64,000 nucleotides of DNA, taken from NCBI GenBank assembly GCA_024137785.1, contig JAHRHZ010000046.1, positions 31,917,940-31,981,939 on the forward strand, given 5' to 3'. How positions within the stretch are numbered: the stretch's first letter is position 1; the number at the start of each line of letters is the position of its first letter. The stretch is from Ginglymostoma cirratum. Taxonomy: Eukaryota. The translations under genes and the position numbers were made by a program. Positions 1 through 12,300 of the stretch are shown one piece after another. The notes below the pieces were generated by a model. It was not told where the DNA came from. It did not search any database and worked only from the letters and a program-made list of their open reading frames with translations.

Positions 1-104
1 AAACCTTCATTTCTGATGAAGGGTTTAGGCCCGAAACGTCAAGTTTTCCTGCTCCTATGATGCTGCTTGACCTGCTGTGTTCATCCAGCCCCATGCTTGT
101 TATC
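1..104 (+). mobile_element. Penelope-like element terminal repeat (pLTR) fragment
   Basis: Reads ctgatgaagggtttaggcccgaaacgtc...tgctgcttgacctgctgtgttcatccagc...gttatc. The same family occurs at 26057 and 37501, and a related copy at 7636-7793 is joined to an ORF remnant. Confidence 0.7.
9..44 (+). ncRNA. Minimal type I hammerhead ribozyme motif, intact core
   Basis: CTGATGA (13-19); helix II GGGT/GCCC with TTAG loop (21-32); GAAA (33-36); palindromic ACGT; GTC cleavage triplet (38-40); helix I ATTT(9-12)/AAGT(41-44). Confidence 0.7.
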
Positions 105-109
105 TCGTA

Positions 110-954
110 TCAATTATGTGCCTTGTTAGACTTGGCGAAGGAAACGTAAGAGTTTTGTCTCCATGAAGCCACCCACCCAGCTCCCAGCAGTCCAAGCAAG
201 GGTTCTTCAACCCAACTGGTAACTGCTCGTGCCTTCCCCAATTTAGAATAATTATTTATTCTGACAGTTCCAAGGCTGCTTTCTATTTCGAGGGATTGCT
301 GTGGCCCCTGACCTGCCTCAATAACATCCAAGTGGTCCAGCTGCATTCGGAACCTGCTCATCCCAGGAAAGGTACAGGTGATTAATTCAGAGGCGTCCGA
401 AGGATAAGTAGCTGCTCCCAGTCTGGCTCTTGACAAAGGTGAGCTCGAAACACTCTTTTGGTCCCAAAGCTTGCGAATAATCTGCTCTTTGAGACTGCAA
501 AGTAAAGCATGAATAACTGTAGCTGAAACTTCACAAACAGGCAGTGCACATCATGACGGGGATTTTCCGAGGGGCGGTGATCCCACACATTCGGACTCCT
601 TTCTTATGAGAGAAATGAGCTCTGCATTTCTGAGAGGAGATGCCACTCAGATATCCTTCAGAAATGCAGAACCGTACTTCTATTCTGACTGTTCCTTCAT
701 CACGCCGAACTGTCAGAGAAGGCAAAGCGGTCTCCTTTTCACAGGGGTCAGTTGCCGTATCCTGACATTAAAAGACCCTTACCGGCACACAAGTACATTC
801 ATCAGGGCTCTTATAGAAGGCCGGGGTTGAAGTCGCACGCTTGCTTGTGCACCCTGACAGGATCCTGTGGGTGCTTCTTTAGAGGTGGATATGCACCTGA
901 GGATTTTCAACACTGGCCTCCTTGAGCTAAAAGTTTGTTGGGTGTTGCTGGTGC
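110..954 (-). other. Unidentified CpG-rich coding-like segment
   Basis: A single minus-strand frame runs from an AG acceptor at 955-956 to the stop at 110 with five internal stops and a ~147-codon open stretch. About 22 CpG in 121-840 versus about 6 in 961-1680. No recognised homolog. Confidence 0.3.
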
Positions 955-1021
955 CTGCATGACAGAAGACAGAGAATTAGTTGTCTAAGAGGGGCAAAAG
1001 ATTGTGCACATTGGGATTGAG

Positions 1022-1790
1022 TTAGCAGTGATTCCAATAGGAGAGCAACGCAGCACAGCATAGTGCAGCATAGGCTTGGTTGGCTACTGGCGGCTCCTTT
1101 CTCCACAAGTGGTCATGCTCTTCTCCCACAAGATCCAGCACTTTCTCTTCATAAGGAGTGAGGAACAGGATGTCTGTCATCACCAGATCCACACACCCCC
1201 AACCCATGCCCAACCCTCCCACCTCTAACTCCACCAGTCTTAGCCCTGTCAGCTCAGTTGCTCTGTCATGAGACAAGGGAAATGATTGAGTATGAGGGAA
1301 GTTGATGGAAGGTCAGCAAGTGGTGATGCAGGAGAGGTGGTGACGTTTCACCAGTGATTGGGAAGAAAGTACACAGAGAGGGAACCTTTGGTGGTTTGGA
1401 AAGATGAGGTGGATGAAAGCCATTGAATGAGAATTGTACTCCATGAGTCTTGGTAAGACATGTACGAAACAGCAGAATTAGAGCGAGTGGTGACCCTAGC
1501 AGAAAGAAGATGGTGGCACTTTCTCTTGCAGTGTATGTCAATTCAATTACCTTATTCCTGCACACCAGGCATCCTGCTTCACCTGAAACATAGTACTCAC
1601 CCTGGGCTGCAATGTATGCCAAGGCTGGCACGGTCTGGTAGAGCAGTTTCCTTTGACAGTCAGCAAGAAAGAAGATACTCTCCTCTGCTCCATCCTGTCC
1701 ACAAGAACCATCAGGACCCCATCTGTGAAGCAGAGAGTGAGCTTTGCTTTCCTCTGGCCTTGTCCTTGGTGATGATGTTCAAACAGCACA
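1022..1790 (-). pseudogene. Decayed PIF/Harbinger Myb/SANT-like DNA-binding gene (two exon remnants)
   Basis: Translations RKAKLTLCFTDGVLMVLVDRMEQRR, YIAAQ...CRNKVIELT and N*ADRAKTGG...LTPYEEKVLDLVG resemble the Myb/SANT-like protein encoded by Harbinger elements. Frameshifted. Confidence 0.65.
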
Positions 1791-2959
1791 ATGTGAGAGA
1801 CAGTTCTTGGCTTGAAGCATCTCAACTGGTGTGCAGCCAGACCTTAAATATGGCAGTGACAGTGCGAACGCTGGAAATCCTTCAACCTCTCCTCCTTCTT
1901 TTTGGCTCCTAAGAGCCCAGTTGCACAATTAGTGAGGTCACTAGCAAAAGATTGTATGAGAAAATACATGCCAAGCGATGGCAGACCCAGGTGCAATGAA
2001 TGTTATTCAAAAGAAAGGTTCAACTGAAAATGGGAATATTCCACCCAAGGTATTTTAAGCATAAGTTGCTTCAGGTCAATGAGTCTTTTAAATTTTAGTA
2101 CTTAATCAGTTTGAAGTTTTCCACAGCAAATGATTCAATGATTTGCCATGTCATAATGAAAAGATTTGGAATTCACAACTTAGATAGGGAACTTAATTCA
2201 GGGAATTTTCCATTGGAAGACATTCATACAAAGGTTAACGGACTCATTACAGACTTTTCTCATTGTACATGCATCATTTTCAGAACTTTATGCTTCACAA
2301 CCTCTATCTAATTTGAAAAGAACAAATTAAATTAGCATAAACATGCATTTAATCCAGTTAACATATAACTGAAAAGGGATAATTATTACTACATGGGTCT
2401 TACACATTTGCTGAAAGCAAATGGTTGAAAAGGTTCAGTTTTCAACTTAATGCGTGTATTTGTTGAGACAGGAAATGGTTCTCCAGAATTGTAATTGTTC
2501 TACCATGGTGATCTATTTGATGCGCCTCTCCATTCTTTGTGGAGATAACATATATACACTCTAAGAATTGCTAATGCAGTTACCGTTAGACTTCCATTTC
2601 ACCACATTGCAAGTTACAGTATATTTTAAAATCACATTTCATCTGATACCTGGTAGGATGGCATCCAGTGGAAGAGGCACTCTCACAATTCCGAAAGCAT
2701 AACTCCAACGCAGTCGCAAAACTTGTTTCAGAGTATTCTGGATAGTCTCTGTACAAAACCACTATCGTTTTGAGAAATTATCTGTTTCACTTTCAAAACA
2801 TTTAAAGTTTTTAAACTGCAGATTTCTGACCCAATCATAAGAATTCAATTCAGACAGAACAATACAGTAGAGACAAAGTAGTACCTGGATTGAACTGTTT
2901 TATCACGCAGAACCTGTATGAGGGTCTGGATGTCTTAAAACAATGGTACAGGAGATTGG

Positions 2960-3490
2960 TGAGAACGTAAGTGGAGTACTGTGCATAGTTTTGGCCTCCT
3001 TATTCAAGGAGGGATATATTAGTATTGGAAGCAGTTCAGAGAAGGTTCATGTGACTGATTCTTGGGAATGTAAAGGTTGTTTTATGAGTAAAAGTTGAGC
3101 AGGTCTCATTAGTGTTTAGAAAGTTGAGAACTGATCTAATTGAATCATTGAAGATTCTAAGGAAACTTGATATGATGCTGTGAGGATATCACCTCTCATG
3201 TGGGAACATAGAACTGGCAGTGGTGGAAGTGGGGTGGAAATCAGGTTGCATATGAGTGGTTCCCATTTAAGATGGAGAGGAGTAGGAATTCTATCTCGGT
3301 AGGCTACTACTCTTGGAAGTCTCTTCCACAGAGAGCAAATGAGACTGTATTATCCAATATACTCAAGGCTGAGTTACACAGATTGTTGATTGACACAGGA
3401 GCTGAGGTCTATGGGAAACAGCCATGATCAGATCAGTCACAATCTCATTGACTGGTGAAGGGACAAATGGTTTATTCCTAAACCTATTTC
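2960..3490 (+). mobile_element. CR1-type LINE 3' fragment, degenerate
   Basis: Decayed ORF2 C-terminus (EYCA*FWPPYSRRDILVLEAVQRRF-like) followed by a CR1-type 3' UTR. Confidence 0.75.
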
Positions 3491-6400
3491 TAATTACCTT
3501 ACCAATTTCAGCTCAATAATTTTTGCAAACCCAATTTTGCATGGCATTGTCAATCTATTTATTTGAAAAATCAGTGCGCACTTAACTTTAATGTTGCACT
3601 AAGTTATAATACCTGATATTATTATTTGAGGAAATGTGTCTACTTAAGAGTTCATGACGACAGTAATGGCTTAAAATTCTATACTATATCAGGCGAACAT
3701 TCAATGGCAGCTAGCCAAATCTCTTCTTTCAACAGATTTCTATTTTCTCAGGCAAACTAGAAAATATTACCATATATCTCCTTCTGAAAACTGCTCACTA
3801 AATATTTCAGTACATTTCCAGTGGGTCTCCGTCTGTTTGCGTATGAATCTTTTCTCTTTGTAATGTGTTCAGTTTGTCAACAGCTATAAAGGCTGCTATT
3901 TAAATCTCTGGAGGCTTGAAGGAAACCAAATGCTCAACATATTAGTTATTTTTTTCATTTGCACTGAAGGGAAATATTACTGCATAGAGTAACATTTAGT
4001 GCACATTTAAACCAGCAAGGAGAGTTCTGCTTGTCAGATTTAGCAAAGAAGCTTCCATTGTTTGTACTCAAGGGTATCAGCAAATATGCTTTCTTTTCAC
4101 TTTTCTAATTAGTGGCTGAAATAACTCTCTGGGTTGTTGTTACGACCTTAGTTGGCACAATAAAATGTTATTTCTGCCTTATAAATCAATGCCTTCACAT
4201 ATTCCCCAACCACTTCGCCGCCTGTCAGGTTTTCTCTGTAATTCTTTTATGTACCCTAAGAGATCCTGAGAGCCAACGTGCAGCTTTGAAATGTGATGTT
4301 CAATTCATGTGGCTGGGTCTATTGTGAATTACTATATCCCATTAGATGAACTGGAGGAAAAATTATGTCAAGTACTGAGTTTTGTTTCTGCTCTGATCAT
4401 TTGTCGTTTTTTTGGTGGAACTTCCACAATGCTTTACACGTATACAACAACCTAACTTCTCCCAGCAATGTGCTATATTGAATATTTGAATATATGATTG
4501 CTCAAATTAGGGGAAAAGGTCGAAGTAATTTTCTCTGGTATTCCTAAAAAAATGACTTAATTTTTGTATTCAAAGGGATACTTAAGTTAGAAAATAATAT
4601 AAACACTAATTTCTTGTAAAAGCTTTTTGTTTGGTATGACCTGGCTATTCTTTATGTGACGTGGTTGAAAAATCTATCCATTTTCAGACGTGCAAATGGC
4701 AGAATAGAACGAAGAAGTTAAAAGATCCTCCCCGGATGGATCACAAATGACACAAAATTGTACAAGAGCTAAAGACGATCCTGTCTCAAACCAGAGTGGT
4801 TATGACTGCCCCATAATCGATGCCTCTGGAATAAAGTCCGATGCTAAAGCGATTTCCCACAAATAGGGTATCATGTCTCTTAGTGCAATTGGTTTCGTTG
4901 TTTGAAGGACAAAATTTCACACTTTTATTTGTGCTTGCATGATTTTATTATTGATCTTTTTGGGGCATTAAAATGGAAAGTGACACAACAGAGCTGAATA
5001 GTTGAGTTGAGACATATTTATCTACCCATGATCAGCAGCAATAGCTGTCTTCTCTGATGGTTCATTTTCTTCATAAGGCTAGTAAATAAGATGTTAAAAT
5101 CATGTGACAATGATTCCTTTTATGTGAGTAAATTTGGCTGCCTGATTTTGAGGTAGTTATTCTTTTAACGTAAATTTGGTATGCAGGCCAAGTACAATTG
5201 TTTGCTTTACAATTGATGAGCTTGTAAACCAGTTAAAACGTCACTACTCCTTTTCACTTGCTTACCAGTGCTGGATTGTAATGACGACCCTAATTTCAAT
5301 GTTGCTTACGCAATAATGAAGGAAAATAAAACAGATGACATATTTATTTTATCAACAATCCCATTGTAATATAATAACCAAATGTTGGGAGACAGGTACG
5401 GTACAAATTCTGTCCTGATACAATCCTAAATATAGGCACTGAGGGACAGAGAGAGAGTTTCTCATTATCTGTTATCAGAATTCTCATATTGAAAACTTCT
5501 CATGACAACTTGATTTCTTTCCAGTTTAAATTTAGGTGAATAAAAACGTACACACAAAACACAAAATAAAAATCATCACTGATATTACTCACATCTAATC
5601 CAGATTCATTACTGTTATTTCAGTTGGTGAGTATATTGTAAATACCACAAGTAAAACTATTTTTATGATATAATGGTGCTATTCTTCCAAATAAGGTTGG
5701 ATAATTTACAGTTACATGTGGTTAATGAAGATTAACATTTTAATTCTTCTTAATCGGCCAAGGGTGCCTTGGGATAGTGGGAGGGTTGGATTTTCAAATA
5801 AATTTATTCTCTTCAACTAAGTAAAACAACCTCAATATAGCTTAATATCTCGGGGTGAAAGAGTGCACAGACAGGAATGTTGAAGTATTTTAATACCCCA
5901 CTGTATTTATCTCCTGCAGTGTGAATATCCATCCCACATGAATGACATCCCATTATCTCTCTCCCCACCTTGCTATAAGTTCTCATTTTCTGTATTTCTT
6001 CCCCTCTCCTTTCACCCTTTGTCTCCCTCACGGCAACGAATAAAACGCTTACCTCCACTGTCAATAACCCCATTTTGGATTTCTCTCTTCCATGGACCGA
6101 AGTCACTCCCAATATTTAGAACTTATGCTAAGTATTATAAAAAATTTGACATCACATTTATTTCCAGGGATGACATCACTTGGAAGAGATTAATATGTAT
6201 CAACTTCTGTTGTGCCAATTCATGCACATTAAATATTTCTTTAAAAATCTCTTATTTAAACCCACATATTCTACATATTCACAAATAATGAAATGATTGT
6301 TCATAAAGTGAGGAAGCTGTATTTGTTAAAGCAATAGATATTTCCTTACCGATGAAAATTGATCACATTACAATCAAGTGATACACAAAGTGCCATTTAT

Positions 6401-6819
6401 GGTTTTCATGCCATTTGTTCGATAAGATTTCATCCTGGAAAATGAACAATAAATGCAACATCAGTTCGCCCTTCGACATGTAGCCTTAACAGGTTTCTAA
6501 TTTCAGTCATATCTGGTGTTACTTTGTCCTCTGGCTCCAGCTCTCATTAATATATTCATGTAAGTGCCATGGCTTGTGCCAATTGAAACAGCTTTGCAAG
6601 CAGATTGGCAAAGGCCCATGACTCCTTCAGGGTTATATTAAAGAGATTGGTTGCCCCAGCAGCCAGCGCTGCATTTAATTTCAGTGTAGAAACTAAATCA
6701 AGAGATGGAAATAACCCAGCCTTGGTCACTACCATGGGGTCTTTAAGAAGTTAAAGGTCTGAAATAGTGATCAGTGTTCCATTGCTTGAACTGCCAAATC
6801 TAAAAAAAAATTTTGGGGG

Positions 6820-7230
6820 ACTTTGGCATTGTCCGGCTGGGATATGAATGCTTTCCCTTGCTCTTGCTTCCCCTATCTTCATTAGTGGTGAACATCACAG
6901 GTTTGGGAGGTGCATCTGAAGAAACCACAGCAAGCTGCTGGAGTGTAATGTGTAGGGAGTCCACATGGATGGTCCATTGATGGTTGAGGAGGTGGATGAG
7001 TCACTCATGACAGGATATCGAGCTTTTCATCTGCGACAGTAGCTCTGACCTTTATATGGCAGCTTAAGCACAGTTTCTGGTCATTAGTAGCCCCGGAATG
7101 TTGATGGTAGGAGGCTCATTGGAAGTAAAGCCACCAAATGTTAAGGGAAGTAGTTACACTCTCTTTATTAGAAAGGGACGATACCTGTAACTTCTGTGGC
7201 ACCAATGTTATGTATCATCTATCATGATAA
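6820..7230 (-). mobile_element. LINE 3' fragment, same family as 20700-21510
   Basis: Degenerate similarity to 20700-21510 (ggtttgggaggtgc..., gtttctggtca..., atgtta). Confidence 0.5.
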
Positions 7231-7249
7231 CTGGGAATATAGGTTGATG

Positions 7250-7793
7250 GTCAGCAATTGGCTGAGGTCAAGTGTACACATATGACGTCTCATGGCAGTG
7301 ATCATGGATCGCAGCATGCGACGGGAACAGCAGCCCAAGGAACGTTGTATGTCCTGGAGATACTTGTAATCCTAGGTGGATTCAAAACACGAAGGGTGAA
7401 ACCTGAGTTGAAATCTATGTGAGGTAGTACTGAGTCACTGGCAGTCGCTGAGAAAGGAAACATGGCTGTGAATGTGAGTTATGGCAAACACCTTGTCTAA
7501 CACCGGCAGTGAATGGAAAGCAACAAAAATGTACCCTGTGAAAGAGACGACAAGAATTCCTGTCGTAGGGAAGAGTAAAATTTCTTCAGGGTGAGCATTC
7601 CTTGAAGAGATGTGGCAGTCAATTTAACACAAAGTAGGAGCAAATTATTGCAGATGCTGGAATCTGTACTGAAAACAAAAAATGATGGGGATCACAGCAG
7701 ATCAGGCAGCATTCATGGAGAGAAAGCAAGTTAATGATTTGAGTCTAGATGATGCTTCATCAGAGCTTCCAGCATCTGCAATAATTTGCTCCT
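7250..7793 (-). mobile_element. Penelope-like element 5' fragment: pLTR with degenerate hammerhead, ORF N-terminal remnant and 5' inverted duplication
   Basis: Perfect 27-bp inverted repeat 7636-7662/7767-7793. Minus strand has a CTGATGA...gactcAAA hammerhead relic, then an ORF remnant HSHVSFLSDC..FQLRFHPSCFEST*DYKYLQDIQR..CSRRMLRS. Confidence 0.6.
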
Positions 7794-10479
7794 TTAGTAA
7801 TTGGCTGGATTGAAGTATTCTTGCTTTTTGTCAACAAAACACAGTTGGACAATTTTTCATAGTATTGAGTATCTGTTAATGTTGCCGAGTAATCCAGAGG
7901 CCCAGACCAATGCTCTGAGGGCAGGAGTTTCAATCCCTTTGAATGTAAATTCAGTTCATAATAAACGGCCTCAGTTCAGTCACAATGTATGAGTGCAATG
8001 AGACAAACAACACAGGCCGCATATCCAGACTTCTTTCTTCATTCCAAGGTCAAAACTGGTGCCAGCATTGTTGGTCTGGGAATGAGGGAATCATCACGAA
8101 GTAGTTTCATTCACCAGTGGCCTCCTTAAGACTGTCAAAAGAATTTATAGCCTAAGGATTGCTTGCCCATAATTTGGGCTGTTGAGCAGTGGAAGAGTCA
8201 ATCTTTATTACATTAACAGATGACTTTCTGGGAAAATGTCTGTTCGGGTCTTCCAGATATCCAGTAAGATGAAGGATTCCACTGTTAAAGATTCCCTGGG
8301 AGGTTGGACATGGAAAAAAGCAGAGTGCTCAGGTGTCTGATACCATCTTAAGAATGCCAGTAGAGCAAGCAAAAAGCAGGTGCCAAATGATCACTGCACC
8401 TCATGGGAAGATGAGCAACATAAATCTGACTGTTTGGTTGGTTATTAGATATCTAGCAAATTGCAGAGTTGCAGGAAAATTGGAAATTAGGCATTCAGTT
8501 GGAAAAAATGTGTCAGAGACAGCTAGCCTTCCATAGGGAAAGATGATAGAGAGACTGAATGCTACACCTGCTGTGATTGATAACTGTGTCAAAAGATTTT
8601 ACCCCAACAGGATTGGTTAATGTAACTCTTATGTATAGTGTTAGGTAACTTTTTTTCTTTTCTTTTAAAATATGTTCTGCGGCAGTCACACTCTGTACAT
8701 TCATCTGACCAACAAACTACACATTTTGCTTAAAAATATAATCAGGCAGGCCAGGTGTAAGGTTGGATGTACACACATTGAGTAGAGCAGACAGTAACAG
8801 CTCCAATCATTGAAATTTACTTTCTTCATTAATTTTCTCATAAAAATCACAGATATACAGACACTGCAAAGGCAGTGGAAATGTTGCATAGCTGCTCTGA
8901 ATTTATTGAGCAAAGAAATCACAATAAACAAATCCAACAAGGAAAAATGGTCCTATAATTGGGCAGAGCTTTTCTGGCATCCCGTCAGAATGTTGGGAGG
9001 AAACTGGCAGTATCCCCAGAGAAAGAGTATGAAGAACTGAACTTGCAATTCTTGTGTATAAGCTTAGTATCTTAATCACCTCAGTTCTGTTATACCATTT
9101 CTCCTGGGCCTCCTCCATTCTCCTTAACTTATAGCAGAAGATAGTGGAATCCTCATGTAATTTGTTGGCATTTTTGTTGTTTTCCATTCTGGTTTATGAG
9201 ATGCATTACATAACAGAACAAGAGAAAGTGCGTTAGGAGGCTTGCATTCCTACTTAAAACTGCAGAGATCCTACCAGAAAATATGCTATCACTCGGTTCT
9301 GAAGGTGAAGAAACACATAACGCTTCTGATACATTGTCAGTAATGGGGAATCATTTAAGTGAAATCTATCACTGACGTAACAAATTATTTATCCCAAAAA
9401 TTATCTCAACTTGGAAATCTGTGTGCAGTGTTGTATGACAAAAGCAAAGCTGTGAATCATTAAATCCTGTGCTGACTAACACATATAACGTTTCGCAAAC
9501 TAGGAAAAATAGATCAGAATTCTATTTCAATTGTGAGGATTTTAATGTCATTGCATTTGAACCTGTGTCTTTAAATTAGTGTGAGATGAAAAGCAACATG
9601 TGACCTGTTCTGAAGTTGCCTGACAGCAAGCCTAGGTGTTTTGATTGGCTGAGATTAAAGGGCACCAGGCTCTTTTACTGGGAAGAAGGTGCACGTTGTT
9701 TACACTTGGTCACAACAGCAGCATGAGTGCTTATAGTGGATGGGTTGTCAGTCTGAGAATCTCAGGTTGTAAGCTCTCCACTCACTTTCAAGGTGAAGCA
9801 GAGTTGGGCTCTCATCGATAACTAACTAGGATCGCCACCTGGATACAAAGGCCCACAAGTTTCCCACTGTCCTCATGATAGGCTTTGAGATGATATTGGT
9901 ACAGAGGGACATTGTGAAATTGTGTTACAGCCTTACTGAAAATGGCACTGTCAGACTTTCAGAGTACAGAAATGAGAGCAGCCAGAGGTTGAAGGCCACA
10001 GTGGTTCACTATGGTGGAACGAGTTCAAGGTAATGTTCAGATTCAAAAGACCAAATTCACGAGGAGTTAAAATGAAGCTAGATGAACCTTATGCTAAAGG
10101 AAGGATTTCCAGTAATACACCATGAAGGACAGCTATGCACTTTGATATTACCAGGCTGAGAAAGTGAAAGAACAGAAGCAAACTCCTGGAAGTTAAAAAT
10201 TATTTTGGACCGTGGAAATTGAATATCTACTCAGTGGACAGTGACTGTATACATCATTTTATTTTCTCAGTTGTTTCCCTGACAACTTTTTTTTCTGCTA
10301 GAGTTATTGGAAGAGAGAATTTCGCAGAACAGTCAGGTCTAAAGGTTCAACATTATCCAGCCATGAGGTGTTATGGGCCATCAGCAGCAACAGAATTGTA
10401 CTCCACCACAATCTGGAACCTATGGCCCAATATTAGTCCCTGAACAGAGAATGATGGTATTGTTGGATTCAGAAGGCAC

Positions 10480-10860
10480 CGCTGACCAGAAATTGAACTG
10501 GACTATCCACATAAATACAGTGGCTATAACTGCAGGTGAGGCAAGTAACTTACCTTCTTATTCCCCAAAGCCTACTTTCAACCACCTACAAGGCACAAGT
10601 TCGGAGTGTGATGGAATACTTCTCACTTGCCTCGGTGTGCAGTAACAAAAACATTCAAGAAGCTTGGCACCATCCAGACATCCAGATCAAGGAAGCCTGC
10701 TTGATTGGCACCAGATCCACAAATATCCATTCCCTCCACCACTAATGCTCAGTAGCAGAAGTGTGTACCATCTACAAGAAGCATTTTCGAAATTCACCAA
10801 GGCTCCCTTCCGAACCCATGAACACTACTGTCTAGAAGAGCAAGGGCAGCAGTTACACGA
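10480..10860 (+). mobile_element. LINE (CR1/L2 group) RT C-terminal fragment
   Basis: DQKLNWTIHINTVA and STTYKAQVRSVMEY translations match the element at 20700-21510. Confidence 0.7.
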
Positions 10861-11550
10861 AAACTCCTTTCTTAAACAATGGCACAACATTAACCACTTG
10901 TCAGTCCTCCAGTACTCCATCCGTGTTTATAGATGCTACAAATATTTTTATCAAGGGCCCCGTAATTTCCTTTCTAACTTCCCACAATGTCCTGGGATAC
11001 ACTTGATCAGGTCCTGGAGGTTTATCTGCCTTGATGTTTTCTAAGACATTCAGCGCTTCCTCTTCTGTAATGTGAACTGTTTTCAAAACATTAATATTTA
11101 TTTCCCCGAGTCCATTTCTTTCTCAACAGTAAAAACTGACATGAAATATTCATTTAAAATCTCTCCCATCTCCTCAGGTTCAACTCAAAGACAACCTCAT
11201 TGATCTCTAAGAGGTCCAACTCTCTCTCTAGTTGCTCTCTTGCTCTGAATGTATTTGTAGAATCATTTTGGATTGTCTTTAACCTTATCTGCCAAGAATA
11301 TCACATATTTGCCCCACCTTTGCTTTCCTGATTTCCTTCTTAAAAGAATACATCTACATTCTATATACTCTTCAAGAGATTCTGTTGATCCCAGTTGTCT
11401 ATATCTAATATATGATTTATTTTATTCTTGACTAGAACCCAAACATCTTTATTCATCCATTGTTCCCTAATACTACCAGCTTTGGCTTTCACTCTAACAG
11501 GAACACAATGCCTCTAAACTCCCGATATCATATTCTTGAAGGCTTCCAAT
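10861..11550 (-). mobile_element. CR1-type LINE ORF2 internal fragment
   Basis: ORF 10901-11086 LENIKADKPPGPDQVYPRTLWEVRKEI contains the CR1 K-x-PGPD motif. Confidence 0.8.
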
Positions 11551-11559
11551 GGAACATCA

Positions 11560-12300
11560 CTGTGACTAGTGCCTTCCAGATGACAACAGATGACCTGCGT
11601 GGTATCTCTCAGTCTTTGGTGCTGCAGCCTGGACAGTAGGATGCAGAAACTTCATTGGTTTCCCCCAAGTCATGGTGCCATCAACTGCATGTACGGGGCA
11701 TTGAGAGGGCAGAATTCACCAAAAGGAAGGGGCTGTATTCAATTAATGTTTAATTCATGCTTTCTGATGACCATTACCAATTCCTGGAGGTGTATGCCTA
11801 TCACTGCCCCAGCAACTGCTATGACTTTTATATCCTGAAGTATTCTCTTGTACCTAGTCCATTTCAAAGACTAGGTGCTTTACAAGGCTGGGCACTGGGA
11901 GAACAAAGGCTATTCAGCGTGGGCTCATCCCACAAGCCCCTGACTCATGTGAAGTGCAAATACAATGCTGCATATACTACTGCAAACAGGACCCTGGTGA
12001 AGCAGAATACAGGACTGCTGCTTGTAGCAGTCTTGCAGGGGATGGGGGTGGGGGGGGGTTGTTTCCTGTACAGTCTGGACAGAGTGTGCCACAACATCCT
12101 AGCATGTTGTCATCTGGACAATCGGAGCTGGGAATGAGGTGATGTGCTGGATGCTGAGAAATAGGGAGAGTGGGAGAAGATGTCTAAGGAGGAAGATGGA
12201 AATACCAAGGAGGACGAAGCTTTCCTTGTCTATGACAGAGCTCAGCTGTATCAGGTACTACAAGCCCAGGCAGAAACCTGATTGACACCCATTTGTAACA
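11560..12300 (+). pseudogene. Decayed PIF/Harbinger (HARBI1-like, DDE_Tnp_4) transposase
   Basis: FIGFPQV.GAINCMY, TKRKGLYSINV, PSNCYDFYIL, GWALGE, KYNAAYTTANRTLVKQNTGLL and CHNILACCHLDN are collinear with Harbinger nuclease motifs. Acidic tail follows. Confidence 0.85.
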
